From: a virus
Lineage: Duplodnaviria > Caudoviricetes
IMG/VR virus record: IMGVR_UViG_3300018070_000016
Span: 1 to 26,538 of that record
Reading direction: 5' to 3' (one strand)
DNA: 26,538 nucleotides
Part shown: positions 15,915-24,839 of the stretch, one piece after another
Position numbering within the stretch: the first letter of the stretch is position 1
Layout: the number at the start of each line of letters is the position of its first letter
The notes under the pieces: model-generated
Seen by the model: the letters and a program-made list of their open reading frames with translations, nothing else
What the model was told of the DNA's origin: nothing
The model's database searches: none
Translations under genes and position numbers: made by a program

Positions 15915-18815
15915 TCAATAGATATGGTTCCAAACTCCTATTGCGCTGACGAGAACGAAAAACTTGCCATCTGCAGTAATGAGTACAGAGTCTTCTCCTC
16001 CAAAGTCCTTGATAAACTCGTACCTAGTGCCATTTGCGTATTGAAACGCGAACATGGTCCAACTTATTCCGTCATAGGTTAAGCTCGCGTTCACTTCTCC
16101 AATTGTGTGTGAGACATCATAGAGCGTGGCAGTAAAATTATTCCACCCGACGCTCATGCTTGTGTGGATTGCTGAGAAGTAGCTGAACGCGAAAAGGTTA
16201 TCGTCAGAATTATCTGTAAGGTTTGTTGCCATGAAAGCAATCATCGCGCGTCCAAGAGCAACGAATGGCACTGCATGGTTAGGGTCAGAAGGGAATCTCC
16301 AATTATCAGGAACGATCCCTATGCGTTCAACAGGCTTCCATGCTGTTGCGTTCTTGCGTAACAGCCAAATTGACTCATCATCAATTCCATACATGCCTTT
16401 CTCTGGAAAGCTTGTTGTTGTGAGCCAATTGAAAAGTAAATCTCCAGTGCCTTCGAGGCTTATGATAGGGTAAGTGTTTGATGCAGTAATTGTTGACACT
16501 TCATAGTCTTGTGGAGACCATGAGTCATTGGCGTTGCGCTGAGAAAACCTTATGCGACCAGTACTTGAAGGTGTTGTCTCATTTGTTCGATAAACCAAAT
16601 AGAGTACGCCTTTATCTGAGATTCCGCTGAACCTGCGCCCTTCACTCATACCATAGGCGCTGATTGTCTCATTAGCTTGCAAAACATGACTTAGAATCTT
16701 ACGCCCTGCTAATCTATAGTTTGCAACGCTTCTGAAAATGACATAGGCATCATCATTCGTTAGAGCGTAAATATATGCTTCTTGCACCTGTGCAGCTGGA
16801 ATATAATCTGACGCAACTTTTGGATATCCTGGGTAAGTCGTCCATGTTCCATCAGTGGCATTGCTAAAGGTGACGTATATCTCGCGACTCGTACTATTTT
16901 CAAGGAAGTGACAATAATAGACGTAACCGCTTGATGTAACAGCTAAACCGTTTGGAGCGAAACGTGCGAAGCTTGGAATCCCAGAGCGACTACGAGCCGT
17001 CTGCAGTGGCGTCCAGATAATTGTTCTATTTGGGAAAAGTTCTCCGCGCCTATAAAAGAGATCGGCGATTGATGTCTCATTGCAATAGTTGTAATGGATG
17101 TAGCTGTGTCCATCTCGGATTTCTGGTGTGACGTAGAACATTCCAGATTGTTGCTCGCCACCATCGTATTGAAAAGCTGCGCCATAAATCCATGTGAAGC
17201 CATCGCTTGAAGTGCTGTAGCAGTACCATGTTCCATTATAGTAGAATGACCAATAGAGCTTCGTTATGTTTGGATCGTGAATGATTTTGCGTCCGAGACT
17301 ATGACAGTGTCCGCTAGCTTCAACGTTTGCTGCGATAGTGCTGATTGATGTTGATGGGTTGAAGCCTTCCCAGATCGTCCAAACATAGATTATGTCAGCA
17401 GCTTCCCAATTGTTAGCTGTGTCATTCGCGTAAAGTTTTGCAGCAACAACATATGATGTATCTGTTGGCATGGTTACAGTGAAGTTGCTCCAAGCCTCGC
17501 TAGGCGATCCTGCGAAGATCCCTGTTACGTTGCTTCCCCAACTTCCTGTTGCGTTATGCGAATATTTGTACGCGTTGAGACCTGTATTGTCAAGCCATTT
17601 GACGGAAATGGTTGTGGTTGAGTCTGCTGCACCATAGTGTGTTGGCGCTGCAGTTTCCTTTGGTCCATTATAGAGCCTAAGGTACATGCGAGTAACTCGG
17701 ATGCTTTGAAAGCTCTCAATGAAATTGTACATGGAGACCTTGAGATCGTTGATCTTTGTAATGGTATTCAGAAAGGAAGTAGTGTTATATTCAACCCAAA
17801 TGTATCTGCTCATTTCAAACGTGAAGTTTACAGCAACCTGCGTCACACCATTATCTAGGTACGCGGTTACTGTTCTTTCAAGTGGAGAAAAGCTTGCCAC
17901 GCCTTCAATCCGAAGATAACTCGCCTGTACAGTAGCGAGATCTGTTGGCTCAAATAGAAACCATGAATCGTTGCCAGTTACAGATGAAGTCGTAATGTAG
18001 TTAGACGAGCTATTACTTAGGTATGGTAAAGCATCAACATTCATCCATCCGTCAGTTGAAGTGCTGTCAAACTTGCTAGTCCACAAGATGTTTGAGGCGT
18101 ATGTTCCAGTAACATAGAGCTTAGCAGGAAACCCAGTTTCATTACAGCTAAACTGGACATCCTCTTTCGCTGCAGGAACATTCAATACGATCTCTCTTTG
18201 GCTTCGGACAAGAACGTATGTCATGCCTCTTGGCACTAGAAGCGCTGTACTGTTGAGCGTAATATTGTAGTATATGTTGACGCTTGAGATGCTTGTCGTA
18301 CCCAAATTTCCCTGCGCTGCTCCTTCCCAGAACGTGTGATTATAGTCTGAGAGCCAAAGTCCATTAGTATGAGGAAAAGCTGCAGGCGCATAATCGCTTT
18401 TTATTAGAGTTTCAATGTAGAATTGGGAGACGTCACATTCCTTTAAGGTTACGTTGAGACTGAAAATTATGCTGCTGATAGTCATGCCCTTTGGGATAGA
18501 AGCTGTATTGAAAGGAAACATGCACCGATAAATCGCGTAAGTCGTTGAAATCTTGGACTGACCAATACGCATCGTCCCAGAAGTAACATTATTCGCTGCG
18601 TTTGCTTGGTCATGGCTTGTGGCATAAACTGTACTTGAATGCATATCTTGAGTATCGCCTGCGGTTGCGTTGAAAGTCAACGTTATTGGTCCCGCGCTAG
18701 TAGCAGGAAAACTCTTTGGAGAAAAGAAAACCCATCCGAAAATAGAGGCTACAACAACTATCACAGCCGCGATTATTGCGTAAACTTTCTTGCCAAAAGA
18801 CTTCAAGTTTTGCAT
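15915..18815 (-). CDS. large membrane-anchored/secreted glycoprotein, adhesin-like
   Basis: N-terminal KK plus hydrophobic helix; roughly 29 N-x-S/T sequons counted by eye; DNRLRE-like segment (YRCMFPFNTASIP.G.TISS) and BNR-like motifs (STSSDGFTW, SNATDGTW). Confidence 0.8.
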   Translation of the reverse strand: MQNLKSFGKKVYAIIAAVIVVVASIFGWVFFSPKSFPATSAGPITLTFNATAGDTQDMHSSTVYATSHDQANAANNVTSGTMRIGQSKISTTYAIYRCMFPFNTASIPKGMTISSIIFSLNVTLKECDVSQFYIETLIKSDYAPAAFPHTNGLWLSDYNHTFWEGAAQGNLGTTSISSVNIYYNITLNSTALLVPRGMTYVLVRSQREIVLNVPAAKEDVQFSCNETGFPAKLYVTGTYASNILWTSKFDSTSTDGWMNVDALPYLSNSSSNYITTSSVTGNDSWFLFEPTDLATVQASYLRIEGVASFSPLERTVTAYLDNGVTQVAVNFTFEMSRYIWVEYNTTSFLNTITKINDLKVSMYNFIESFQSIRVTRMYLRLYNGPKETAAPTHYGAADSTTTISVKWLDNTGLNAYKYSHNATGSWGSNVTGIFAGSPSEAWSNFTVTMPTDTSYVVAAKLYANDTANNWEAADIIYVWTIWEGFNPSTSISTIAANVEASGHCHSLGRKIIHDPNITKLYWSFYYNGTWYCYSTSSDGFTWIYGAAFQYDGGEQQSGMFYVTPEIRDGHSYIHYNYCNETSIADLFYRRGELFPNRTIIWTPLQTARSRSGIPSFARFAPNGLAVTSSGYVYYCHFLENSTSREIYVTFSNATDGTWTTYPGYPKVASDYIPAAQVQEAYIYALTNDDAYVIFRSVANYRLAGRKILSHVLQANETISAYGMSEGRRFSGISDKGVLYLVYRTNETTPSSTGRIRFSQRNANDSWSPQDYEVSTITASNTYPIISLEGTGDLLFNWLTTTSFPEKGMYGIDDESIWLLRKNATAWKPVERIGIVPDNWRFPSDPNHAVPFVALGRAMIAFMATNLTDNSDDNLFAFSYFSAIHTSMSVGWNNFTATLYDVSHTIGEVNASLTYDGISWTMFAFQYANGTRYEFIKDFGGEDSVLITADGKFFVLVSAIGVWNHIY

Positions 18816-19309
18816 ATTTCAACCTCATCTTTCGAGAATTTGAACCAGACTTTAACTATGGGCGCGAGATGCAACCAGTCAAGCTGCACGCCATTGTACT
18901 CAACGACACAGTGACCGATTCCTGTTGAGAGAGCGCCACATACGATCTTAACGGTCTCTAACCCTAGAGAGGAGAGCATATTTGCTAGTAGTATAGCGCC
19001 ATCCTCACAATCTCCTCTTTGAATACTTGCTGTCTCAAGGGGCATCTGCCAATTCTCTCTATCGTCATTTAGAAAGGTGACGTATTTAGAAACAAATTTG
19101 AGACATGCTAACGCAGCATCCCAAGAGAGATATCCTTCGGGTAGCTCAAGGACTGATTTTGTAAACGTAAAGTTTGAATCAAAGAAGCTGCGGATATTCA
19201 TAAGGTCGCGGTATCTGAGCTTCAAGAGAAGACGCGCAAACCATGTGGCTTTAAACTTCTCTCCTGTACTCTTTCGGTAAAGCATTGTAGTCGCAAAGAA
19301 GCTTCTCAT
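18803..19309 (-). CDS. transglutaminase-like cysteine protease (BTLCP/C93-like)
   Basis: D..NWQMPLET....GDCEDGAILL...L...G, then GHCVV and a downstream D, giving a Cys-His-Asp triad. Confidence 0.8.
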   Translation of the reverse strand: MRSFFATTMLYRKSTGEKFKATWFARLLLKLRYRDLMNIRSFFDSNFTFTKSVLELPEGYLSWDAALACLKFVSKYVTFLNDDRENWQMPLETASIQRGDCEDGAILLANMLSSLGLETVKIVCGALSTGIGHCVVEYNGVQLDWLHLAPIVKVWFKFSKDEVEICKT

Positions 19310-19830
19310 GTTAAGACTACTCTCCCATCCTCACGGACATAGAGGATTCTTTTAACGTTCCTTTTTCTTGTTGACCACTGTTTCGCGCCTTGAGATAGGT
19401 ATGGCTCAAATATATCTCCTTGATATCCTATAGCATATACAAAGTTCTCGCTCAAGACGTTCTGGATATCTGCAGCGTCCATGACTCTTGTTACTCTTCG
19501 GAAGAAGATAGGTCGAATGTTACTTAGTTTGAAATCTGGATGTTCTTTTAGCTCGCTGAAAGTGTACTCGAGATCCGGCAAGACACCGAGCTCAACGCCC
19601 AGCGCCTTGAAACTTACGCCCTCGCCATCCTTCAAAAGCATGATGTTGCCATTCGCAAAAGCAAAACCGTAACGCAAGCTCTCTTTCTCGTCAGTAAGCC
19701 ACAGAACCTCAAGATCCTCAGCCTTTGGTACGACTTCCTCATTAAAAAAATGGCCTTCGCTCTGCTTAACGATTAAGCCATTCTTGAACTTCGCTACCCA
19801 AAATAATAGAGGCATTGTATTGCTCTCCAC
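19306..19830 (-). CDS. hypothetical protein of the structural module
   Basis: 174-aa ORF, coupled to its neighbours. Confidence 0.75.
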   Translation of the reverse strand: MESNTMPLLFWVAKFKNGLIVKQSEGHFFNEEVVPKAEDLEVLWLTDEKESLRYGFAFANGNIMLLKDGEGVSFKALGVELGVLPDLEYTFSELKEHPDFKLSNIRPIFFRRVTRVMDAADIQNVLSENFVYAIGYQGDIFEPYLSQGAKQWSTRKRNVKRILYVREDGRVVLT

Positions 19831-19838
19831 ACGTTTTT

Positions 19839-20339
19839 CTAGCTTTCGTCATACTTCATGGTGATGGTGTTTGTTCCGATCGCGCCTGTTGGTGATCCAA
19901 CGCTTGTTTGAATCTGTGTTCTACAGTATGCGCTGTAAGCAGGGTTTGCCGTAGTGCTTGTTGTCGTTGCTGTCTCTGGTGTGCCTCCGAAATTGACGGT
20001 TAGCGCAGCGCCCTCTGATTGTGGTAGATCGCTGTCTCCGCTTGAAGTCTTTGTTGGTGTAGCATAAACAATAACCATAGCGCCCTTCAAGGTGACACCT
20101 GTTGGCAATGAGACTGTGCTATGCCAGAGTTTTCCGTTTGGACCGATCTGCGAGTATGTTCCAGAGAAGTGACTTGCAATATATTTCGTATAGGCGTTCT
20201 CGCCTCGAGGGATCTTGTTTGCTTCAACTGTTATGTCTAGGTTTGCAGCGTCAACGTTACCCCAGTTTACGTTAGAAATAGCGTGAGTTTGAGTCTTGCC
20301 GACTCCGTTCCACTCATCCCATTCTTGTGTGGCAACCAT
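19839..20339 (-). CDS. putative virion structural protein (beta-rich, Thr-rich)
   Basis: 166 aa; GAGGA RBS; TATA-like element at 20379-20389. Confidence 0.75.
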   Translation of the reverse strand: MVATQEWDEWNGVGKTQTHAISNVNWGNVDAANLDITVEANKIPRGENAYTKYIASHFSGTYSQIGPNGKLWHSTVSLPTGVTLKGAMVIVYATPTKTSSGDSDLPQSEGAALTVNFGGTPETATTTSTTANPAYSAYCRTQIQTSVGSPTGAIGTNTITMKYDES

Positions 20340-20391
20340 TTAGAATCCTCTTTAATAGTGTCTCTGTGTGCAGATTATTTTTAAGCTTTGT

Positions 20392-20706
20392 CTAGCCTCT
20401 GCGACCACCGATTGATCCAGAAATGTCCGTTGTTATGAAGGCTTGAAGAAAGGTCTCATGTTGCTTAAAGAATTTCTCTGCCTCATCTGGGCTACGCCTA
20501 GAGCTAAAGATCCACGCAGCGATCAAGGAAGCTGCCATTTTACAGTTTTCGTCTCCTGCGTCTCCGCTAGTGTCATATTGATATAGTCTTGCATCAATGA
20601 ATGCGTCTGCTGCAGTAATGCAATGTTCAAGCTCTGTCTTCTCGCTCTCATCTTCACTTTTTAGCGTTAGAATCTCTTTTACCTGAGCGAGAGTCGCGTA
20701 AGCCAC
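20392..20706 (-). CDS. head-tail adaptor (SPP1 gp15/HK97 gp6-like)
   Basis: MAYATLAQVKEIL ... L...I.AA...ID..L typical adaptor N-terminus. Confidence 0.8.
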   Translation of the reverse strand: MAYATLAQVKEILTLKSEDESEKTELEHCITAADAFIDARLYQYDTSGDAGDENCKMAASLIAAWIFSSRRSPDEAEKFFKQHETFLQAFITTDISGSIGGRRG

Positions 20707-20966
20707 TAGGCTACAACTCCAAACGCGTAGATATGAACATCAATATTTGTTGAGACGCCTGTAATGGTTATGACGTTATACGCGATTGTGCAGGAGATCT
20801 CTGAACCGTCGCTCTGCTTGAATACTTTAGCCTGGGCTAGAGCGCTAGTATCCAAAAACTCTTTTAGAGTGCATGTATCGCCTTGAGAAACTTGAGATTC
20901 ATACATTGCGCTTTGGAACCTTTTGACGGGCAACGTTTTCTTTAGAGTTACGTCACGCGCTACCAT
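20706..20966 (-). CDS. small structural protein (possible head decoration)
   Basis: 86-aa beta-rich ORF next to the adaptor. Confidence 0.65.
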   Translation of the reverse strand: MVARDVTLKKTLPVKRFQSAMYESQVSQGDTCTLKEFLDTSALAQAKVFKQSDGSEISCTIAYNVITITGVSTNIDVHIYAFGVVA

Positions 20967-20997
20967 TTGACCACAGGATTAACTGACTTCATTCTGC

Positions 20998-21570
20998 TTA
21001 AAGCTTTTTTCTAGTGAACCAGAAAAGGATTTGAGGAATATCTCCGCGCACTTCCTTCTCAATAAGCTCGAAGCCTTCTGCAAGAAACAGAGCCTCATAA
21101 TTATGTAGCCAATTATGTCGACTTAGATCCTTAGGCGCTGTTTCTTCTGAATACTCGTAGATTAAGGCGCTATTGCAAGAGTCGCAGATATTATGTACTG
21201 CAGCTTGAATCTTGTCCGGAGGAATATGCATTAAGACTGTGCGCGTCATTACGAAATCAAATGTTGTTGGTAGAGGCTCTTTCGTTATATCATGTAGAAA
21301 GATATCAACAAGCCATCCATGAAACTTTACACGTTTCAAAGACTCTTGTATCATTGTTGGCGAGAAATCACATCCGGCAGCCTTCAAGAGGTCCTTATAG
21401 TATCGGATCAGCATGCCTGTTCCGCAGCCGATCTCGCAAAGACTCTCAGGTTTTGCTCTCTCAATAGCGTTTTTTAGAACGAGACGACCAAAGAGATCCA
21501 CCTGTTGCTCATTGTATCCTAGCCCTGCGCGTTGCTCCCAATAATCTGCGACATCGAATCCTTCGCTCAA
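20998..21570 (-). CDS. class I SAM-dependent methyltransferase (small-molecule/glycan type)
   Basis: EIGCGTG motif I, GCDFSPTMI, FDFVMTRTVLMHIP; no DNA-MTase DPPY/NPPY/PC motif. Confidence 0.9.
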   Translation of the reverse strand: MSEGFDVADYWEQRAGLGYNEQQVDLFGRLVLKNAIERAKPESLCEIGCGTGMLIRYYKDLLKAAGCDFSPTMIQESLKRVKFHGWLVDIFLHDITKEPLPTTFDFVMTRTVLMHIPPDKIQAAVHNICDSCNSALIYEYSEETAPKDLSRHNWLHNYEALFLAEGFELIEKEVRGDIPQILFWFTRKKL

Positions 21571-22556
21571 GGCTTGATCCCTGCTAACTCACAGAAGCGC
21601 ATGGCCACAGGTTTTTCATCATGCACTTTCTTGGCGTAGTTGAGTACGCGTTGACCCATTACGCGCCTAAGATCCTTTCGTAGAGCAAGCGTTAAGACTC
21701 GCTCGATTAACTCGTCCTCATTGTTAAAATTAATAAAAGGATTCTCGTAACCATGTTGCTTCATAACGTCTGTTACTTCTTTTATGAGCCTTACGAATAC
21801 GGGTATGCCAAACGCTGCAGCTTCAATAGCGATCATACCGTAAGGATTAATGAAGGGAGGAATTTGGTCAATATAGAGATCAACATTTGAGAGAAGTCTA
21901 AGAAGACAATCCCAAGGCTGCTGTTGTATCGCCTGATATTCGATCTCTGGCCTATTCTCAATAAGCTTCGTGATCGCTGAGTAGATTATCTTGCTTCCTT
22001 TCTTAGCCTCATCGCTTGGAGCATGCGTTATTACGCAGCGCACGCGCTCGACATCCCAATCTTTCATAGCAGCGATATCAAGTCTTGATCTTCCGTACTT
22101 TAATTGTAGATCTGTAATTGAGCGGGTAACTGGTAGCCATTTAGCATTAGCTTCCTTTGGCGCAAATAGTAAGAGATCGGGTGTACTGACAAGAATCTGC
22201 GTGTCCTCTGGCAAAAGCGTCTTTGTCTCGGTATAGAGCGCTTCACCATACATTCTCAAGTCTGTTCCATGATAATAGTGCAAAACTTTCTTGCCTTTAA
22301 GCATCTCCTTTGTGAGGCCTAACCCTTCAAACAATGGTGAAATAAATGTATGGAAAACGAGAATATCTGCGTCCTTGATGACTTTTTGGCATACTGCTAG
22401 GTTATAGTGTCTCATTTCCATATGTGTCGGATAATGTGCAAAACTGTCAGAGCTTCGGAGAGAAAGCGTACTGTGTTCTGTAAATCTGTTTAACGCGTGA
22501 GCTAGACTATAGCTCGCTCCGGCAGGATCATATGTTGTGAGGCTTAAGATCTTCAT
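21567..22556 (-). CDS. GT-B fold (GT4-like) glycosyltransferase
   Basis: YHGTDLR, VSTPDLL, HAPS...KG, D..IDQ....YGM.AIEAAAFGIPV. Confidence 0.85.
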   Translation of the reverse strand: MKILSLTTYDPAGASYSLAHALNRFTEHSTLSLRSSDSFAHYPTHMEMRHYNLAVCQKVIKDADILVFHTFISPLFEGLGLTKEMLKGKKVLHYYHGTDLRMYGEALYTETKTLLPEDTQILVSTPDLLLFAPKEANAKWLPVTRSITDLQLKYGRSRLDIAAMKDWDVERVRCVITHAPSDEAKKGSKIIYSAITKLIENRPEIEYQAIQQQPWDCLLRLLSNVDLYIDQIPPFINPYGMIAIEAAAFGIPVFVRLIKEVTDVMKQHGYENPFINFNNEDELIERVLTLALRKDLRRVMGQRVLNYAKKVHDEKPVAMRFCELAGIKP

Positions 22557-22837
22557 TTAGGCTTCTTCTTTGGTGCTGTTATCGTTACGTCTTCAACAGG
22601 TTTCTTTTCTTCCTCATGCAAAACGCGTATAGCGATAAGTTTTCCATATTCGTTCAGGTGAAAGTGTACGACTGCAGCGCCTTCTTTTACTAGATCTTCC
22701 CAGACTTCAAAAGACTCGTTTGATGATAGGTCGTTTACATATTCTTGTAGCGCGGTATAGAAGCCTCTCTTATGCAGTTCAGCCATTAATTCCTGATGAT
22801 TCATAGAACCTTGATTATCTCGTTTGCTTTTTAGCAT
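22553..22837 (-). CDS. hypothetical protein
   Basis: 94-aa ORF overlapping both glycosyltransferase genes. Confidence 0.65.
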   Translation of the reverse strand: MLKSKRDNQGSMNHQELMAELHKRGFYTALQEYVNDLSSNESFEVWEDLVKEGAAVVHFHLNEYGKLIAIRVLHEEEKKPVEDVTITAPKKKPK

Positions 22838-23552
22838 TTGCGGTTTTTAGATTCTCTGGTTCGATCCAAGCGTGTTTCTGAAGCATATTGAGCATGTAGT
22901 TATGGTGAGGCATCATACGGTTTAAAGGCTTAAGATATTTGAAGTGTGCGATCGCGGATTTGAATGTCTGCGCTGTTGGGTAATTATCCTCTATTAGTCT
23001 ATCAAACCTGTCTCGAATATGCCAATGTGTGCCTTTATAGTGCATTCCTTCAAGCTTTTTGAATACTCTCGGATGCCAATAAGGATACATGCGGTCAGCG
23101 TCTTGCCCAAGATTAACAAGAGGCATGCGTCCAACGTAGCAGCCAGAGTTTATGATTTGCCAAAGCGCCTCATCTACGTCTCCGATTATCATCTCGTCAG
23201 CGTCAACGCCTACGAAATAGTCTCCGTTTGGAACAGCGTTAATCATTGCATCACGCTTTACGTTCTGATTAGGCCAGGGTTGCCCATTTGGAGGATTAAG
23301 AATCTTATAGCTAGGCATACCGTGAAAAGATTTGATTAGCTCGAGTGAGCCGTCTGTACTCCAAGCTTCAGCTTTAGGGTAATACTTCCGCATATCTTCA
23401 AGATATTTAGCGTAGGCGCCATCTGCGAAGATAATGCTATCGAAATGATCTACTAAGCTTTCAATTGAGCTTGACAGAAAGCATCGGTCGTCATAGAGCA
23501 TAACGGTCGCATGAATCTTCGGCATATGAGACACTTGAGAATCAATCTTCAT
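22815..23552 (-). CDS. GT-A fold (GT2-like) glycosyltransferase
   Basis: IIFADG, KRD, GDYFVGVDADE (DxD), RVFK....Y.G.H, I.HF.Y. Confidence 0.85.
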   Translation of the reverse strand: MKIDSQVSHMPKIHATVMLYDDRCFLSSSIESLVDHFDSIIFADGAYAKYLEDMRKYYPKAEAWSTDGSLELIKSFHGMPSYKILNPPNGQPWPNQNVKRDAMINAVPNGDYFVGVDADEMIIGDVDEALWQIINSGCYVGRMPLVNLGQDADRMYPYWHPRVFKKLEGMHYKGTHWHIRDRFDRLIEDNYPTAQTFKSAIAHFKYLKPLNRMMPHHNYMLNMLQKHAWIEPENLKTANAKKQTR

Positions 23553-23587
23553 TTAAGGTTTACGAAATAAAAGGGAGAATGGAAGGA

Positions 23588-23615
23588 CGCGCAGCGCCCA
23601 TGGAAACGCTGCGCG
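23588..23615 (-). terminator. GC-rich hairpin plus pyrimidine/T tract downstream of the capsid gene
   Basis: CGCGCAGCG / CGCTGCGCG 9-bp stem with 10-nt loop, followed on - by TCCTTCCATTCTCCCTTTTATTT. Confidence 0.65.
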
Positions 23616-23645
23616 GAGCCTTATACAGCAACTTGGTTATGTTGA

Positions 23646-24719
23646 CTAGCTTATGGCAGTTGTCAAGCAGAGGATTCTTACGGCTTCTTTCGCGTCCAGG
23701 ACCTTAACGCCGAATGTGTGAGATGCGGTTAAGCGCAGCTTTCTGGTTGCGATCTGTTTGTCTGTCTCTATCAATAGATCTCTCTTTGGCGCTAGAGCAA
23801 GGCATCTTTTTGGTCGCATAAGCCACTGTACTTCGCATGTTCCGGTTGATCCGGATGCTGTGCGTTTCTTGGAGTCAACTCTGCCTCCGATTAGTATTGT
23901 TACGCCTAGCCACTTCTCAATCATGGTGTTTGTCAATGGTGCACCGATACCGTACATTATGGTTGCGTTGCTAGTGAATGTTTTGAGTAGCGCTCCGTAA
24001 CCTTTTGGTGTCATGTAGAGGATTAGGCCGGCATTTTGTGGTGCAACATTTTTCTGTGCAGCGAGAAGCAGTGCGATTGCTTTTGGTATTGATAGAATTG
24101 AGAACCCTGTTGAGCCTGTGTCGACAACGGTTCCAGCAAAATTCGTTCCAGTAAAGGCTATCAAAGCAGCTATGAGGTTTGAGTCTTCGGCTCTGCGTGC
24201 AGCAATAACGTATCTGGAGTTTAGCTCGTCCAGGAGGTTGCGGTCGATCTTTTCGATGTCAGCATAGCCTATATCGCTCCAAGAGCCCGCTTCTTTAAGT
24301 ACAGTTGTCAATACGGCTACGAGACCTGTGGTTTCGCCTGAGAAGGCATCGCCAACATTCGTTAGTGTTTGGAAGTCATGGTCTTTGACGTAGGGAATGT
24401 TTACAATATCGCCAACTTTTCCAGAGATCTCTTCTGTGATCCAAACATAATCTCTGAGATTAGCTGCGATCTCATATAGCGTATAGTTGGGTATTGTGAG
24501 GCTCCACTGTTCTTTGATATCGCTTTCTCTGCAATGTTTCAAGGATTCCACTAACTTATTCATATCCTTATTACTTCCGATAACAACGCCTTTTCCTTCT
24601 GCCGGAGGCTTTGGCGTCATTTGCTCGGCTACGCTTTTGACGGCTTGTTTGACTGTCTCAGTCATGGCTTCTTTGAGCCCTGAGAGATCAAGTTTCACAA
24701 CTTGTTCTTGTTCACTCAT
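23646..24719 (-). CDS. major capsid protein (HK97 fold inferred)
   Basis: 357 aa directly after the protease; GKVGDIVNIP, C-terminal FGVKVLD..AV; perfect AAGGTGATCA RBS. Confidence 0.85.
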   Translation of the reverse strand: MSEQEQVVKLDLSGLKEAMTETVKQAVKSVAEQMTPKPPAEGKGVVIGSNKDMNKLVESLKHCRESDIKEQWSLTIPNYTLYEIAANLRDYVWITEEISGKVGDIVNIPYVKDHDFQTLTNVGDAFSGETTGLVAVLTTVLKEAGSWSDIGYADIEKIDRNLLDELNSRYVIAARRAEDSNLIAALIAFTGTNFAGTVVDTGSTGFSILSIPKAIALLLAAQKNVAPQNAGLILYMTPKGYGALLKTFTSNATIMYGIGAPLTNTMIEKWLGVTILIGGRVDSKKRTASGSTGTCEVQWLMRPKRCLALAPKRDLLIETDKQIATRKLRLTASHTFGVKVLDAKEAVRILCLTTAIS

Positions 24720-24839
24720 TTGTGATCACCTTTTCAAACTTGCCTATTTCTGCGCTCAGTGCGCTGACGGAAGCCTCTGGCTGTGTGTCTTCCGCCCAAC
24801 ATCATCCTGTCGGGTAGTCTATTTGTTACTACAAGGTAA

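Noticed and set aside
12583-20966. Three structural proteins start with MVA(T/R)
   Set aside because: Too short to separate from start-context bias
20998-21570. DNA methyltransferase explaining the AGATCT bias
   Set aside because: No DPPY/NPPY or PC catalytic motif; context and motifs fit a small-molecule or glycan methyltransferase
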